The notes below the pieces were generated by a model, which made no database searches, was not told the origin of the DNA, and worked only from the letters and a program-made list of their open reading frames with translations. Shown here piece after piece: positions 11,340 through 27,947 of a DNA stretch of 51,120 nucleotides. Position 1 is the first letter of the stretch; each line of letters starts with the position of its first letter. A program made the position numbers and the translations under genes. The stretch comes from Octopus sinensis (Eukaryota): the NCBI RefSeq assembly GCF_006345805.1, contig NW_021834191.1:1-51120 (forward strand), in the 5' to 3' direction.

Positions 11340-12400
11340 CAACATGGTTAAAATTGAAACTACACTATGCCGAGCTGCGGCTACTAGCATAATGAAAATT
11401 TGCAATTTGAACAATATTATTCCAAGTCCGCTTAACCACCTAATTAAGAAAGATGGAAAGGGCTTCTTAGCCATTCAACAGCACTAACTGTCAAAAGACC
11501 ATCATATGTCAATAGCAACCAGAAGCACATCACCCCGATTCAATTCCTTACGAAAACTGTTCCCCGTCCGTTCCGCACTTGTGTTGGGTACAGATTCCAA
11601 CATCGAGAACAGGTGAGAAAGATGTTCAGAATTGTTGAAATCACCTAATTAATTACACTAATTAACTGTTGGTGATTCTTGGGTTAAATAAAAAAATATG
11701 GGAATAACTTTCCCCGATCAGAAGAGTTATTCTCATATTTGCAGGATGGAAACTTTTTTAGTGGCCAACGGAAACAGTTTAACCACTTTAAAAGTATGGC
11801 GATGACCATTGACTATTTAGCCACAAAGTGGGGGAGTGTGTTTTACCATGATTACACATGGAGGCATAACGACGTGGTGAGCTTCTGCATTGCAATAAGT
11901 ATGGCTTGAGGCGGTCTAGAAAATTGCGAACCCATCAAGTTTAGTTGGTGTGCGAGAACTCAAAGGTGTGCATTAAGCTGGATACCCCATACACACCTTG
12001 ATTGTTTTCTAGAACAACAAACCCGATATTGTGGTCCACGATAAGGTCACCGGAGAGATTGTTGACGTGGAAGTGAGCATCACGTCCCTAGACCGTTTGC
12101 AAACAGTGGAAGTGAAGAAAAGGAGGAAGTATGACCTCTTTTGAAAAGAGCTAGGGCTGATGCACCAGTGCAAAGTCCATGTCATTCCGTGTATGATGAC
12201 ATGGGATGGACTGGTCACCAAATACCACAAGCCTTACTTAAGATAGCTGGGTGTAGATAAGTCTCTACAGGCTTACATGCATTCAACTTTTCTTACGAGG
12301 ACTCTGGAGAGTGTCTCGTTTGATGCAGTCTTTTTCTGACATTTAGTCACTGAGAGGCGCTGGACTGCACCTTCTCTAAGGTCTACAATGCCAGAGAAGA
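11340..12400. mobile_element. Decayed LINE remnants (endonuclease-like and RT-like pieces)
   Basis: GC-richer island with broken frames; WVRNFL-type RT text on the minus strand near 11900-11950. Confidence 0.4.
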
Positions 12401-12844
12401 AGAGGAAGAAGGGGAGGAGATGCGTATTTTTTCTGGATAAGTATTGTATGCCGGCAAAAAAATTATTTACAACTTTAATGAAATAAAAAAATAAATGATA
12501 AATCCGAATAAATTCAAAAATAATTCAAAATTAAAAAAATATGATTCTTTTTTTTTATAGAATATTCATTAATCGGACTCACAGGTAGACGACAGGTGTA
12601 TGACAAGTATGATGGATGTGAAAGTCACTCCCGGACGTGAAAGTTGCGCGCTCAGCTCGCGACATAATAACATTCAGAAAAACAGTTAGTGCATTTTTAT
12701 AATTTCAAAATTTTTTTGATAACATATTTTGAATGCATAATAAATTGTTTATTCTTACGATGTTTATAATAAAAATTATTTAAATATTTATTATTAATAG
12801 ATTTAAATTACACTAGTGTTGCTGGCGGACTCGTGTTATTAAAT

Positions 12845-13702
12845 ATGCGCAACATAAATAATTCAAAAAGAAGAGTTAACTCCTTAGAACCATCTAGAAA
12901 TAAGGTAAATAAAATAAAAAAATAAATTTCAAAAACTCTTTAGAGTACTATTAAAAGGACGGTATCTTTAGAATCTTTCAATTCGAATTTTTTCTTCCTA
13001 CAATATTACTGTAGTATATTAAGACCAATTTAGAGTCAAAAATTTGTCAATTCATAGAATATCAACAATATATTCGCTCGTTGTATAATTTTGGAAAAAT
13101 CACATGTTCAGAGAAAAGAAAATTCGAAAATTTAAGAGTTACAAATAATTATAAAATAACTCAGAATGAAGCTTCTAACAAAATCAAAGAACTAGAAATA
13201 TTGCGTAAACAATACTTAGAGTTGAAGGGTCAATTGGACGAAATGATTATACAAAATCATATCCAGCAAACTATGAGATATATGGAGTAAAACACTAAAT
13301 TCATAAATATTATTTAAATAGAGAATAAGTTTATTGGAAAGAGATTTTGGTCCAGAGTTGGAGAATAATATTTTTGGCGAAAAATAATCAACTTTTTGCC
13401 AGAATTTACAATTTCCTTAAATGATTGGTCTGAGTTTGATTTGAAACAATTAAAAACGAATTTATTGAAATTTCTTTCAAATTCGGAACAAATACAATCA
13501 CTGGAAATATCAAGTATTAAATTTGTTGAGGAAATGAAATTGAACCCGACACTTTCAGAAATGGAGAATATAATTAAATTATCAAAAGAAAGGTATTTTT
13601 GTTGATTTTTTTAGACTTGAAATCGTTAAAGCTAAACTAGAAGAAATAGAAATAAAGGAGAAATTTAAAAGTAATTGTGAGATTGATTTGTCAAAATATT
13701 AA
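12845..13702 (+). pseudogene. Orphan coiled-coil gene, copy 1 (frameshifted relative to copy 2)
   Basis: Same 4-intron structure as 34990-35848 but with several 1-nt homopolymer indels (about 12991, 13043, 13270, 13371); pseudogene or consensus error. Confidence 0.6.
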
Positions 13703-14264
13703 AAATTGATATTAGTAATAAGTATTCCATCGCTAAAATTTTGATATTTTATTATTATAGCACTTTTGCGGAACTATGTGCAACCTTCAAATACGCAAAA
13801 AACAATTATACAATTAAGTTAATTCCAAAAGGTTTTTCTCCTTTATACTGTGAGATTGGTCTCACAATCCATGCGCTGGGCATGTAATGATCTAGATACG
13901 AACACCAACTATCCACAGTATTAAGAAAAACTTATTCGCCTTACTATGCTTGGTAAGATTTTCTGCGTTAAGTAAAATTGAATCCCAAAATTCATTTTGT
14001 TCAATTTCTTTATGTTTCGTCCAAGTGTACATACTTTTTCAGATCCCAAATAATTTGGTTTTCAAGAAGACAGTCGTTAATGTATCGAAATATTCTCAGT
14101 CCAGTGTTAGATGGTTTATTTTTGTTTCAGGAACTGGGTGCAAAATGATGGAGAAAGTCAAATTGTTCTATCTGTATGGAGAACAGTAATTTGCTTCTTT
14201 TATTGGAATGTAAAGGCGTTCGCCCTGACGAAATTTTGGATAACAATCTAATCTCCGCTAATTA

Positions 14265-14696
14265 TTTATTTATTTTATTTATTAGCTGAAGACTAAGCTA
14301 TGGATAATGGATTTGGACAGTTGTGAGTTCGATTCCGAAGGAGGCCAGTTTTCATCCTAGGGCCAATTCTCGTTATCGTTCCCCTGCCCGTGAGGCAACG
14401 AATACTTCTGGCACGACACAGTTGGAAATGGAAATCTCTTACCTTCCGGTCTTAGCGTGGCGTTATGGGGTCCACCATGTCAGTTGGAAAATTCCAATCG
14501 GATATGGCAACACTCAGAAGGCACTTAATGCCTACCGAAAAAGGACTTCTAGCTCTCAGACCCTGGGACATCGTCGTCTCAGGCCGATCATGCGGGCAGG
14601 ATCGAACTTTTCAGAAGGATCTCCCTCGTTTGGATCGGCGATCACGGGAATAACTATAATTAACTGGCTTTGCCCGTGTTTGGTCTTTAATAAATA
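14265..14696. mobile_element. Retroposed insertion of unknown family (LINE/SINE-like)
   Basis: 15-bp TSD AATCTCCGCTAATTA (14250-14264 / 14697-14711); TAAA-type tract at the left end; GC-richer than the flanks. Confidence 0.7.
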
Positions 14697-14886
14697 AATC
14701 TCCGCTAATTAAACGTTAGTTAAAATTCAAAACAATCAAACAAAAGAAAAACCATACCAGTAAAGAAATATATTATTGCATTTGACTTTTTGTATAAAAA
14801 AACAGTTTGGTGACATTTAAAGCTACTAGATATAATTTGGTAACAATAAAACAAGAACATCTCAGTAAGAAAAGAAACGACAAATA

Positions 14887-18358
<3,472 letters not shown>

Positions 18359-18779
18359 TTCTTGTGTGGCAACAACAAAAACTCGTTTCTTTAATTTAAT
18401 TATTAATTTTGGAATTTAATAAAAACAATTTTTATTTAAATATGAATAAAAATTGGACTTTTTTCCACAAAAACCGAACTCCAGGCTCTCTTAGGTCTAA
18501 GAAAGCTTACGAACGTGAAGAATGATTAACTATACAAAAGTGTTTTTACACAGTTTTGTAGGCACAAATTAGTCATTTCCTACCTATGTACCGAATATGC
18601 AGGAATAATTTGAATGCACAGGAAATATCTCGTTGCCTCTCAATTAAGTTCTCTAAAAGTATTTAAAATCACTCCGAAAAATAAAGAGACAATGAGAACT
18701 TATATTGCCTGAGATAAAAAAATAACGTGCTATTTGTCAATGTATGATCCACCTAAATGAAAAAAATAATTTTAATGAG

Positions 18780-19530
18780 CCTAAGCAGGACGGAAACCTC
18801 ATTGGAGAGGTAGACGTCAGATAGAGAGAATATCGTTCTTGCCATCGCATAAGACACCGAGTCAACAGTCTGAGAAGACTGGGTTAAATCTCTTTCTAAA
18901 AATTGAAAAACGTTTAAGGATGCTTAGAAATAGGTGGTCGACTCTTTTTGATCCTTCAATCAACACTTTAGCGGAGATTTGTTTGTAAGTGCACTGAAAA
19001 AGCTAGCTAAGGCATTTTGTGGCTCACAAGCGTTGAACTTTTGCTACATTTATCCCCCAGGATGCTTGCTTGGTCTGACCTCGCGAGAGCCCACGGAAAC
19101 TCGTTTCAATATGGGTGAATATGAAGAAGACATGACTTAGTTGACCATGCAAAGGACATAAATGATCTAATCAGAGTCTTGAATGAACACCAAAAATAAA
19201 AGTATCTTGGACTAGTTAAGATTTCAGCTCAATTAATTACGCAGATAAAAACAGTGTGTTGTGAAGTAATGTTATAAGAAAACAAGATGGTTTTTCGAGC
19301 GGATATCCCTTGCGATAGTACGCTCTAATTCTTTCTCGATCGCGTCGGCTTCCCGCCCACGTTTTATTGAAAGAAGCAACAGCCAGCACTTTTCTTCGAA
19401 TAACCTTTGCTGAATCCCCAAGGAGAGATCCAACTTTCTTGCAAGTTCTCCACTTCTCGTTTCTCGCCGCGAGGCGGGATATGGTTGTTTTCTCTGTTTT
19501 ATTTGGATTGAAAACCAAAGATCATTCATT
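18780..19530 (-). mobile_element. RTE-like LINE fragments
   Basis: KWRTCKKVGSLLGD...RRK at 19237-19518; 19050-19080 is similar to the RTE sequence at 24780-24812. Confidence 0.7.
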
Positions 19531-19789
19531 CAGCGAATGAGGAACCATTCTTAGTTAGTTATTGACTATTCTTTTAGTTACTTGCTTTGTAGCATCTAAT
19601 TTTGTTTTTGATCTACGCATTCAATAAAGAGATTTTTTTAACTATAACGTTTTTTATTGATAAAAAAAGAAAGACTAAAGAAAACTGGTTATTGGCAGAT
19701 AGCCAGAGTATTGCCTCTGACTATGGCCATGGATATTAAAGAGATTATTAAATTTTACACAGATCGGTTTAATTTATGTAACTTTTATT

Positions 19790-20540
19790 TATTTAACCGC
19801 CAAGACCACGATAAGAGTCAAACAAAAGTCACGTGATCCCGATGCACTCGACCAGGGACCTCATTCTCGCTCGGTGATCTTTCCACGAGCCCACACAAGA
19901 TCGCACCGGGCGGCAGGCCGTTTTTGACGAGGCGTTTGCTGACGGACCGAGATTCAGCTTGATAAGGTCTTCCAGAGAAGCTGGACCGGGGCGTTCGCTA
20001 TCATGTGACCAACGATCGGTTAATCTGAGAGCCCTTTGTTGGGCCTACTAGATTCGCCTCCTGTTGGACCACGATAACCGCGAACCCCATGATCCGCAGG
20101 CGTAGGCGATAGAAGGTTCGAAGTACTGGCGGTAGATATTCGCCAGTACCGGGTGCGATTCGTTTTTCCATATGCCGGATAGAGTTCGGAGGATGTTCAA
20201 TTTTTTTCGCATTTGCAAAGGAGGTTGTCTGCGTGTGGTGAGAAACAGAGGTGCATGTCGAGGGTTACACCTAGGACCGTCTGACTCTTGTAGAAGGGTA
20301 CGGACATATTATTCAGCTTTAAGTCGACTAAAGTTCTTCCCAATCTTTTGTCGGAAGTGAAGAGGGACGTGCCGGACTTCGCCGCGTTTACCACGAGCCG
20401 GTTGTCCGTCAGCCATATGTTCAGCCGATACAAGTTAGCTTGGAGCCTTTCAGAAGCCTTCTGGATGTCTCGGTCCCGTGAGGCTAATACGATGTCGTCA
20501 GCGTATGAGAGAACAATGTCATTATTGTCGAGGGGGTAAT
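19790..20540 (-). mobile_element. Jockey/I-like LINE RT C-terminal fragment
   Basis: SYADDIVL...NAAKS...VLGVTLD in the minus frame. Confidence 0.85.
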
Positions 20541-21249
20541 TTAAAATTATAAACTTTGTAGAAATATAAAATTTTGAATTAAATAATTATCTTAAAAATA
20601 AATTTATATGCACGTTTTTTGTTAATTTGTGTTGTTGGATTTTTATTGCATATATGGCATGTTCATTCGACGAATGAATCATCTGAATATGCAACATTAT
20701 TTTCTTGATTGCAACTCTCATTATATATATTTTGAGATACTTAACAAGATACATTTTTTGTACTCTGTTTCATTTATATTATTTAACAATTTAAGTTAGA
20801 GTCGTAATCTCCAAATTTAGGCATGGTATAAATCTCGACGTATAAGCAATAGATTTTAATTATTTTTTCATTTTTTATTAATTTAAGTTAAATTTAATGG
20901 ATTTGTCTATTTTTTTAAGAATAAAAATTAAGCCGAAAAATCGTATTTGTAAACTATTAGGAGCAGAAATTGCAGCCGCTTCAACAATAGACAATTCCAT
21001 TTAGAATTAGTTAATGTTGGCCATTGCATTCCACGTTTTTGAGGTATTTTTTTAATTATATGAGAAGTTTGGCGGGAAACAATGGTTGAAAGGTTAGGTG
21101 GTTGGTTCATTTGTTAGTTTATTGACGATGTGTGTTTTCTTTAATTTATTAATATTAATTATTATTCTAGCAAGGAATTATTTAATAAAATTTTAAATAA
21201 TTTATTTTCTTGTGGCTTATACCATAACTAAAATTGGAGATTACCAGAG

Positions 21250-21470
21250 TCATATTAATTTACAATTCTCTGAGGATTGGAATCTGTCTAAGCCTCGGTT
21301 GAATGTTTTCCGTCCATCGCCAGACATGCTCTTCATCCTCCACATGCAGGCGAAGGACATTAAAAGATCTGTTCCTCGATAGTTCCTTCAGGTGCTTAAG
21401 ATCGTCTGCTGATTTTAACCCTTTTCCAATCAAAGTTAGGTCTTGATACAGTAGGGTTGCTAGAGTAATT
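21250..21470 (-). mobile_element. RTE LINE 3' remnant
   Basis: LYQDLTLIGKGLKSADDLKHLKEL, typical RTE C-terminus. Confidence 0.6.
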
Positions 21471-21689
21471 CGTTATTTGCTCAGAAGGTCGTTCCCGGAT
21501 GAGGAGCGTAGTGGTGTTCCATTGCGAGATTTGCGGGAGTTTTCCTGTTTATTCTTAGGATGTGACCGAATAAGCTCTATCTATTATTCCTTATTTATTC
21601 GTCCAACGGATGTACATTGTAATTGGAGTAGTAATAAATCAAACAATAGAAAAATTAAACAGGCTGAATGGATGGGTACCTATAAGTCT

Positions 21690-21960
21690 GGATGAGGCTC
21701 GTTGGCGCCTTTGGTCATATTTTAAGGATGAATAAAAAACACCTTGCAATGCCGCCATGGAATAGTTTTTCTAACTTATAGGAGACGTCCGAGAGGATCT
21801 CTTCCAAGACACATGCGAAAGATTATGCTGTCATCGTGGGTCGATTGATGGACGCGGACGATCTGGAGGAAATCAGAAAACGAGCAAGGCAAAGAAACGG
21901 AAGGAAGAGACCAACGACGAGAATAGTTAAGAACATGACACAAGCCAAGCCATAAACACT
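21690..21960 (+). mobile_element. RTE LINE 3' remnant
   Basis: RWRLFGHILRM motif followed by DLEEIRKRA. Confidence 0.7.
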
Positions 21961-22341
21961 GTTTATTGGCAACGCGAACGTGCATTAACTAATAGACTGA
22001 GCCAATCCATGAATGATACCAGAATATCCAGTGATAAGCATTAGACTTGAACTTGGGTCAATTTATATCATTTTCTAAATATTCTTATATCCCAATAAAT
22101 TTTATTTCCGGTTTGTTTAACAATCTGAATGTTTTGTCGAATTGGAAACAACTTTTTGCAGATTTGGATTTGCTTGTTTTGGTTTTATGTTTTACTACAC
22201 TGCGTTTCAGTCAAACGCGTTTATGTGCGTATATCTTTCGTTTAAGCACATTTAGCAAATCATCATTGACACCCACGGATATAAACGTCAATGGCAATAT
22301 CAATTCTTTACTTGGTCCCGGAATGCTGTTTATTATTATTA

Positions 22342-22945
22342 TGTCGCGAGCGCAGCGAGCGACCGAGCGCAGCGAGCGACCACTCAATTTCTAGATCCGA
22401 TCAATCAAAAAATCTATAAATTGACAAATACCCAGGCTTGTATTTGGGATTAATATATTCGATAACAAAAATTAAAATCGATGCCAAAGCAGAATGAGCT
22501 TTAAAACCGATTTCATAAATAAAAATAATATTTTAAAATTTATAATTGATATTTTAGAATAATGAGAAAAAATCTAAATGCTTCATAATTTATAAAAATG
22601 TCAAAACAAGAATCTTCTGAAGGAGCAAGCCTGTCTGCACAGTTCATTTTTGATTAGAAGACCTAATTTTAGAGATTAAAACGAAAAAATAGCAATGAGA
22701 TCTGTCAAATATTACCCCCCTCACAACCTAAACCAAATTAGCGTTCAGTATTCATTGATTTTACTTTTCTATTAAGGTCTACTTATAAATTATTTTATGG
22801 GATTCAATGGAAAACTTAAGTTATTTCAATTTTAATTTTAATCATGTTAAAATTTTAAATAATTTAATAAATATATTTGTTGATGATAGGCTTGTTAGGT
22901 GTCAAAGTCGCGTCTAGCGCTCGGTCGCGCGCTGCGCTCGCGACA
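22342..22945. mobile_element. Non-autonomous TIR element (MITE-like) with GC-rich TIRs
   Basis: TGTCGCGAGCGCAGCGAGCGACCGAGCGC... inverted at 22907-22945; TA on both sides; AT-rich non-coding interior; partial end at about 12645-12667. Confidence 0.75.
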
Positions 22946-22999
22946 TATTAAAAGCACTCCCAAGAAGTCATAAAACTATTAACCTTCCCTTGTGCCGCG

Positions 23000-25050
23000 T
23001 GAACAACAATACTGTCCCACAACCTTCTCCAGGTGCCTCTCCTCTTTGCCAATTCTCTCAGGTTGTCAATTCTCTCAGGTTGCAGGTTGCGGTTTTGAGT
23101 TTCCTCTCAATAATTTTGAGATCCTGATTTAGCACCGATGGAAGTGTTGTCCTTGGTCTTCCTCGGAATGCGTTTTCGCATTGCATGAAATATGTTTCCG
23201 TAGCAATGTTAGCAGGAGTGGCGACGTCCATCCGCAGAATGTGGCCAAATAGCCTCCATCGTGATTTCAGGATTTCGCACACATGCAAGGTGGCTAAAGA
23301 TTTTTTTAATGAACACCGAATTGAGTTATTACAATGGCCTCCTCAAAGTCCCGATTTGAATCCAATCGAGCACGTGTGGGCCTTCATGAAACATAAAATA
23401 AAAGGGACTGAATTTAAAAAAAAGAGTGACCTATTTGAGGAATTAAAAAATATTTGGAATGATCTATGGGGAGCGATAGTTATGGCTCGTGGAATAAAAA
23501 CGATAGAGGATCTGAAAAATGAACTGAAAATCATATGGAATGAAATTAAAATTGAAGAAATAAAAGTTTTAATTGAATCAATGCCAAAAAGAGTAGATGC
23601 TGTACTAAAATCTCGAGGGAAAAACATCAAATACTAGAAAATATTATAATCTTTTGTTACATGACAAAAATTATTATAATGTTTTGGTACATGACAATAT
23701 ATTTTTAGCATGTAATATATTTTTAAGAATTAATTTATTTAAGAATAGTTAGATAAGTCAATTTAGAAATTACATGCTAAAAATTAACACTTAAAAATTG
23801 ATATAAGTAGAGATACAAATGATTTATTGATAAATTTGCCAATATTATAATGTTTTGGTACAGACTGTATATATTTGAGAATTTCTCCGTCGTCCGACAC
23901 AAAGTCCAAGTCATCTGCGTAGGGTATCTCGTAATAATCATTTTTTATAACTGATTTAAAGTCCCTCAGAGCGGCCTCAAGATACACAATAAAAAGCACG
24001 GGAGATAGCGAGTCTCCTTGTGGAACACCCCGTGTTGTTTCGAAGTATCTTGATGTCGTCTTTCCGACTTTAACGGCGAGTTGGGTGTTCACTAGGAGAA
24101 AGTTTATCATTCTTCTTTCGTCTGAATGGAGGAAGCTCTCTAATACTTCCATAAGGAGCCCTCTGTGAATGGAGTCGAAGGTCCGAGTCATTTCTACCCC
24201 AAGAATTTCAATACACTTTTTATATTTTTGGCACAGGGCACCAGTCCATCTGTATGTCCAAATTACATCAGCTGTTGATCTTCCCTCCCTGAATCCACTT
24301 TGTCCATGGGATAGAAAACTGTTTACTCTGTCTTTGATTCGGGTCAGTATAGTTAGCGATAATGTCTTTCTCAATGTCGATAGCAGAATAATCGGCCTCA
24401 GGTTGCCAGGAGGTCCTCTCGGTTTCCTGGGTTTTGGTAGTGGAATTAGCAATCCTTTTCCAATATCTAAGTTTCCGTTTTCTTTAATTGCTTTGTTCAG
24501 TATGTGTGTGATCACTTCGGCCAGCTCGATTGGTCCAAATTTGAGGAGCTCTGCAGGCATGTTGTCTGGTCCGGGAAACCTTTTGCAATTTAATTTCTTA
24601 ATGGCATCCATTGTTTCTGTAATATTAATAGGACTGATTATTCGAGTGTCTTGAATGTTCAGAATTTCATTGACTTCGCTATTTTGGTTGAAAATTGGTC
24701 CTTCAATTGACACTTTTGCGCAGATTTGTTTGTACGGGCACTGGAAAAGTTAACTAAAGCATTTCGTTGCTTGAGCTTTTGCTGTATTTACCCCCAGGAT
24801 GCCTGCTTGGTCCAAACAACACGAGTACCAGAGTAGTAAGTTACTGCTACTCTTGAAAGTAAAAGAGATATTTAGTAGGCGGATCTCTGTAAATCGCGTG
24901 GTTCAATTTCCAGACCGAAAAGTGACCCAAAGGATATCTCGACGGAAACTCAGGATTGACGTCCTAGGTTTGATCAGTCGTGCGATTATCTTACGGTATG
25001 GTAGGTGAAGATGAGATTTCTCATTATTTGTACTCGTCACAGTTAACGTA
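23000..25050 (-). mobile_element. RTE-clade LINE (RT domain plus 3' piece) interrupted by a Tc1 fragment
   Basis: PGPDNMPAELLK, NLRPIILL, QSGFR, GVPQGDSLSP, YADDL (23784-24713); RWRLFGHILR...GRPRTTLP (23058-23288). Confidence 0.92.
23285..23867 (+). mobile_element. Tc1/mariner 3' fragment
   Basis: WPPQSPDLNPIEHVW; terminal ...GGTACAGACTG followed by TA. Confidence 0.85.
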
Positions 25051-25089
25051 TGATGAGATCATTCAGAAACACAAACCAAAGGCTAAGTG

Positions 25090-25345
25090 AAGGAGAAGAT
25101 CGCCGCACCGAGTGTTTTTGTGTGTCTGACATCCCCAAAAAACTCGACGAAGGAGTTATTCATCCCTTTTACTGGATGACAACTGGGTTTGATAAACTCT
25201 ATAATTTCTTAATAAAAAAATTCCTATCCGGCCTGAGATTTCATGTATGAATTTACACTTGATGCTGGTTCGAGAAATTATCGTCTAATAACCTTTATGT
25301 CCAACCTGTACAAGGTGATGACTAAAGTGGTGACTACTGAGGTCA
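25090..25345 (+). mobile_element. R4-like LINE RT remnant
   Basis: NYRLITFMSNLYKVMTKVV motif. Confidence 0.55.
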
Positions 25346-25451
25346 AAGATTTTTGAAAATAGAACTGACAAACTAATATTTAGACTTGACAAACTTTTTA
25401 AACACGATTTATTTTAAATACAAATAAAAATGATTTTAAATAATAAATCAG

Positions 25452-27947
25452 TCACCCAAATTTTGAAAAAATTTCATCCACCTACATAAATGGCACAAAA
25501 TCAACCATCTCATCAGTACTAACAAAACCGTTAATCTGGTCAGGATGTTCAGAATTAATTATGTCCGTAAAATCTTTAAGAACGCATCTTATGTGCATCT
25601 TAAAATAAAATCTAATTTAAAATAACTTTAATCGGGCCCATCAGAATATAAACATGTGCAGGATTACACATAACTTTTTCCATTGTCCCTTTCAGACAAG
25701 TCAGTTTTTCACCCAGACCAATTGTCGATTCAGACACAAGTCCTTTCAGTAAATTAATTTCCTTTCCCTTAAATAATGTAAGAAACCGATAACCATCAAA
25801 TCGTCCCTTATTTGTACAAGATCGGGGATAGTCGCGTTGAGTGCAAGCTTGTAGAATCGCTGACAATAGTCCTTTATCAGACCATCAATTAGTCCACTGG
25901 AACCAACCAAATCCTCTTTAATATTCGGAGCAGACTAAACATAAATATTAGCTCGAACATTCCAGAGTAAATCTAAAAAAGCGTTTTTCGAACTCAATTC
26001 GACAAATTCGTATAAAGTCTTGGAAAATAGTCCCATCACTGCTTCTAGGAGACTTTAGAAAAAACAAAAACCTTTCATATTAGAAAAATCAATATTATAA
26101 CAAGTAAGGTCACTGCTTATATCAAATTGACACAACTGTTCACGAAAAGACAATGCGTTGTGTATCACAAACAATGTACACTCAAGAACACCCTGTGACA
26201 TTCATTATAAGTACAAACCGCGTATTTAATCAAAACAGACCCAATATTACAAAGAGCAACGAGAAATCCGGATACGACTTGACAGGTTAATTCCGAAAAC
26301 AAAGTAGATTCACAACATTTGCTAATCTCCCCTAACCAATCAATGGATTTACCCACCGGTGGGTATTTCGGAACAACTATACCCCCAGTGAGTGACTCCT
26401 ATCCATTAAATTAAACACATCAAAAAAAACCTGAAATTCAATGATAAATGTTTTACATTCGTCGGAATTAATATAACCTATGAGTTCTCTATTACAAAAA
26501 GAATCGGTGAGTCTGACAATACACTCGAGAATGTCTCCTTTCATTGCTCGGAGTGAGATTGGCTGAGACATAGCTAGGTCTAACTAACAGCCAAAGACCA
26601 TTCATAGTCAATAAATTAAGCGTCCCCTCAGCATACAAAGCAGAAGAAATCAAATCGTCCACACGAGAACTCTTAATTATCTTTGGACGCACAAGGTCGT
26701 GTACAAATCGACACAATCTCTCAAAAAGAGTACTAAATGACATTTTTATTATATTACTTCAATTTTGATGATTGGGGAAAAATTTTGGTAACTACTGTCA
26801 ACTCAGCACGAACAAGTTCCTCCAAAACAAGTAAATTTATACTTATGAGGCTTTCATCCACTCCACAAAAAGAAGGAAACGATGAGAATAATTTATTTAG
26901 TCGAAAATTGATATAAATTGAATGTAATTCATTATAAATACACTCAAATCTACGAATACATGTTTTTATATAACTATTATGTCGGAATATATATTTGAAT
27001 AATAAAATAACCTGATATTGTTAGGAGGTGACATGTGCTTGTACAAACAATCAAGTAAATGTCTCAGTTTATCAAATTCCTCCATCGTGTTTGATTTTTT
27101 AATGACAATTTCATTCTAATGGAATAAAATAATCATTAAAACTTTGCTTTGTAGGAAATGCGGATCAATGAAAATGCTTTGGATAGATTTTGAAAATGCA
27201 GTGATTGTGCATGCAAGTGACTGTTTGAGGCAATCATCCCATTTGGACAAACTTTTATGTCCTTCTTTATAATTCTTTCAATTTACAATAAAGCACAACG
27301 TGTTTTCTTATAAAGTCCTCCGATTCAATAATATAGTCAATAATCTCTACCAAACAAGGAATGTCCTTTCCCTCTAAAACCATTTTGTGAAAATCTTCAT
27401 ATCCCGTCAAAAAACTGAGCCTCCACTCAGTTTGGGCAGATAAATTTCGGAGATAGTTTGCCCTTTCGAGTGACTGTTCGGTTTCTGCGTAAACATTTCC
27501 AATTCCCTTTTCTAGCTGTGCCAACAGGGAGTTGAGGGACTCAAATTTACAAGACATTTCTTCAAGTAATTCTGCCCTGCTTTCGACAGATTTAACCATT
27601 TTGTTCACTCTTGAAGCAAAGCTGTGGATTTTTGAGTAAATAAAACCAACTTTTGTTCTCCAGCTTGGAAAATTGGTTTGTTACAATCAGATCTCATCGA
27701 GATGATTAAATTCTGAGGAAGGTTGCTACATGAATAATACATCAAGGAGGGGAGGAGTCGAATCAATTGAGGAGGTTTGAAGTGACATGATTTGGTCTGC
27801 CCTCTGATTGTAATATGACTGGGCTAATGACGACAATTTTAAAAAGTCTTGTTGAGCTTCGTTTGAAAATATATTCAGAAATTCCTGATTAGATGCCCAG
27901 TTTAATAGTTTATTGCGAATTTCTTTTTCGGAAGGATTGTCACACAT
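25452..27947 (-). CDS. COG3: Conserved oligomeric Golgi complex subunit 3 (Sec34), divergent; at least 11 tiny introns
   Basis: Spliced segments align by recollection with COG3: YAETEQSL..RLSFL; FIRKHNYKE..KWDDCLKQSL; LFERLCRFVHDLVRPKII; KYPPVGKSIDWLGEISKC; LFVIHNALSFREQL; YILMGPIK. The exact stop position depends on the last intron. Confidence 0.8.

Noticed and set aside
13810-14249. Possible coding remnant on the minus strand between the orphan gene and EFTUD2
   Set aside because: The frames are broken, no consistent splice model could be built and no motif was recognised.
14295-14345. tRNA gene suggested by GAGTTCGATTCC
   Set aside because: No cloverleaf or acceptor stem could be formed, and the A-B box spacing is too short.
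22342-22385. GAGC-rich TIR as a parvovirus/AAV ITR
   Set aside because: There is no T-shaped palindrome and no Rep or capsid sequence; simple TIR symmetry explains it.
25452-27947. Initial impression of Exo70
   Set aside because: Internal and C-terminal motifs fit COG3/Sec34 better.
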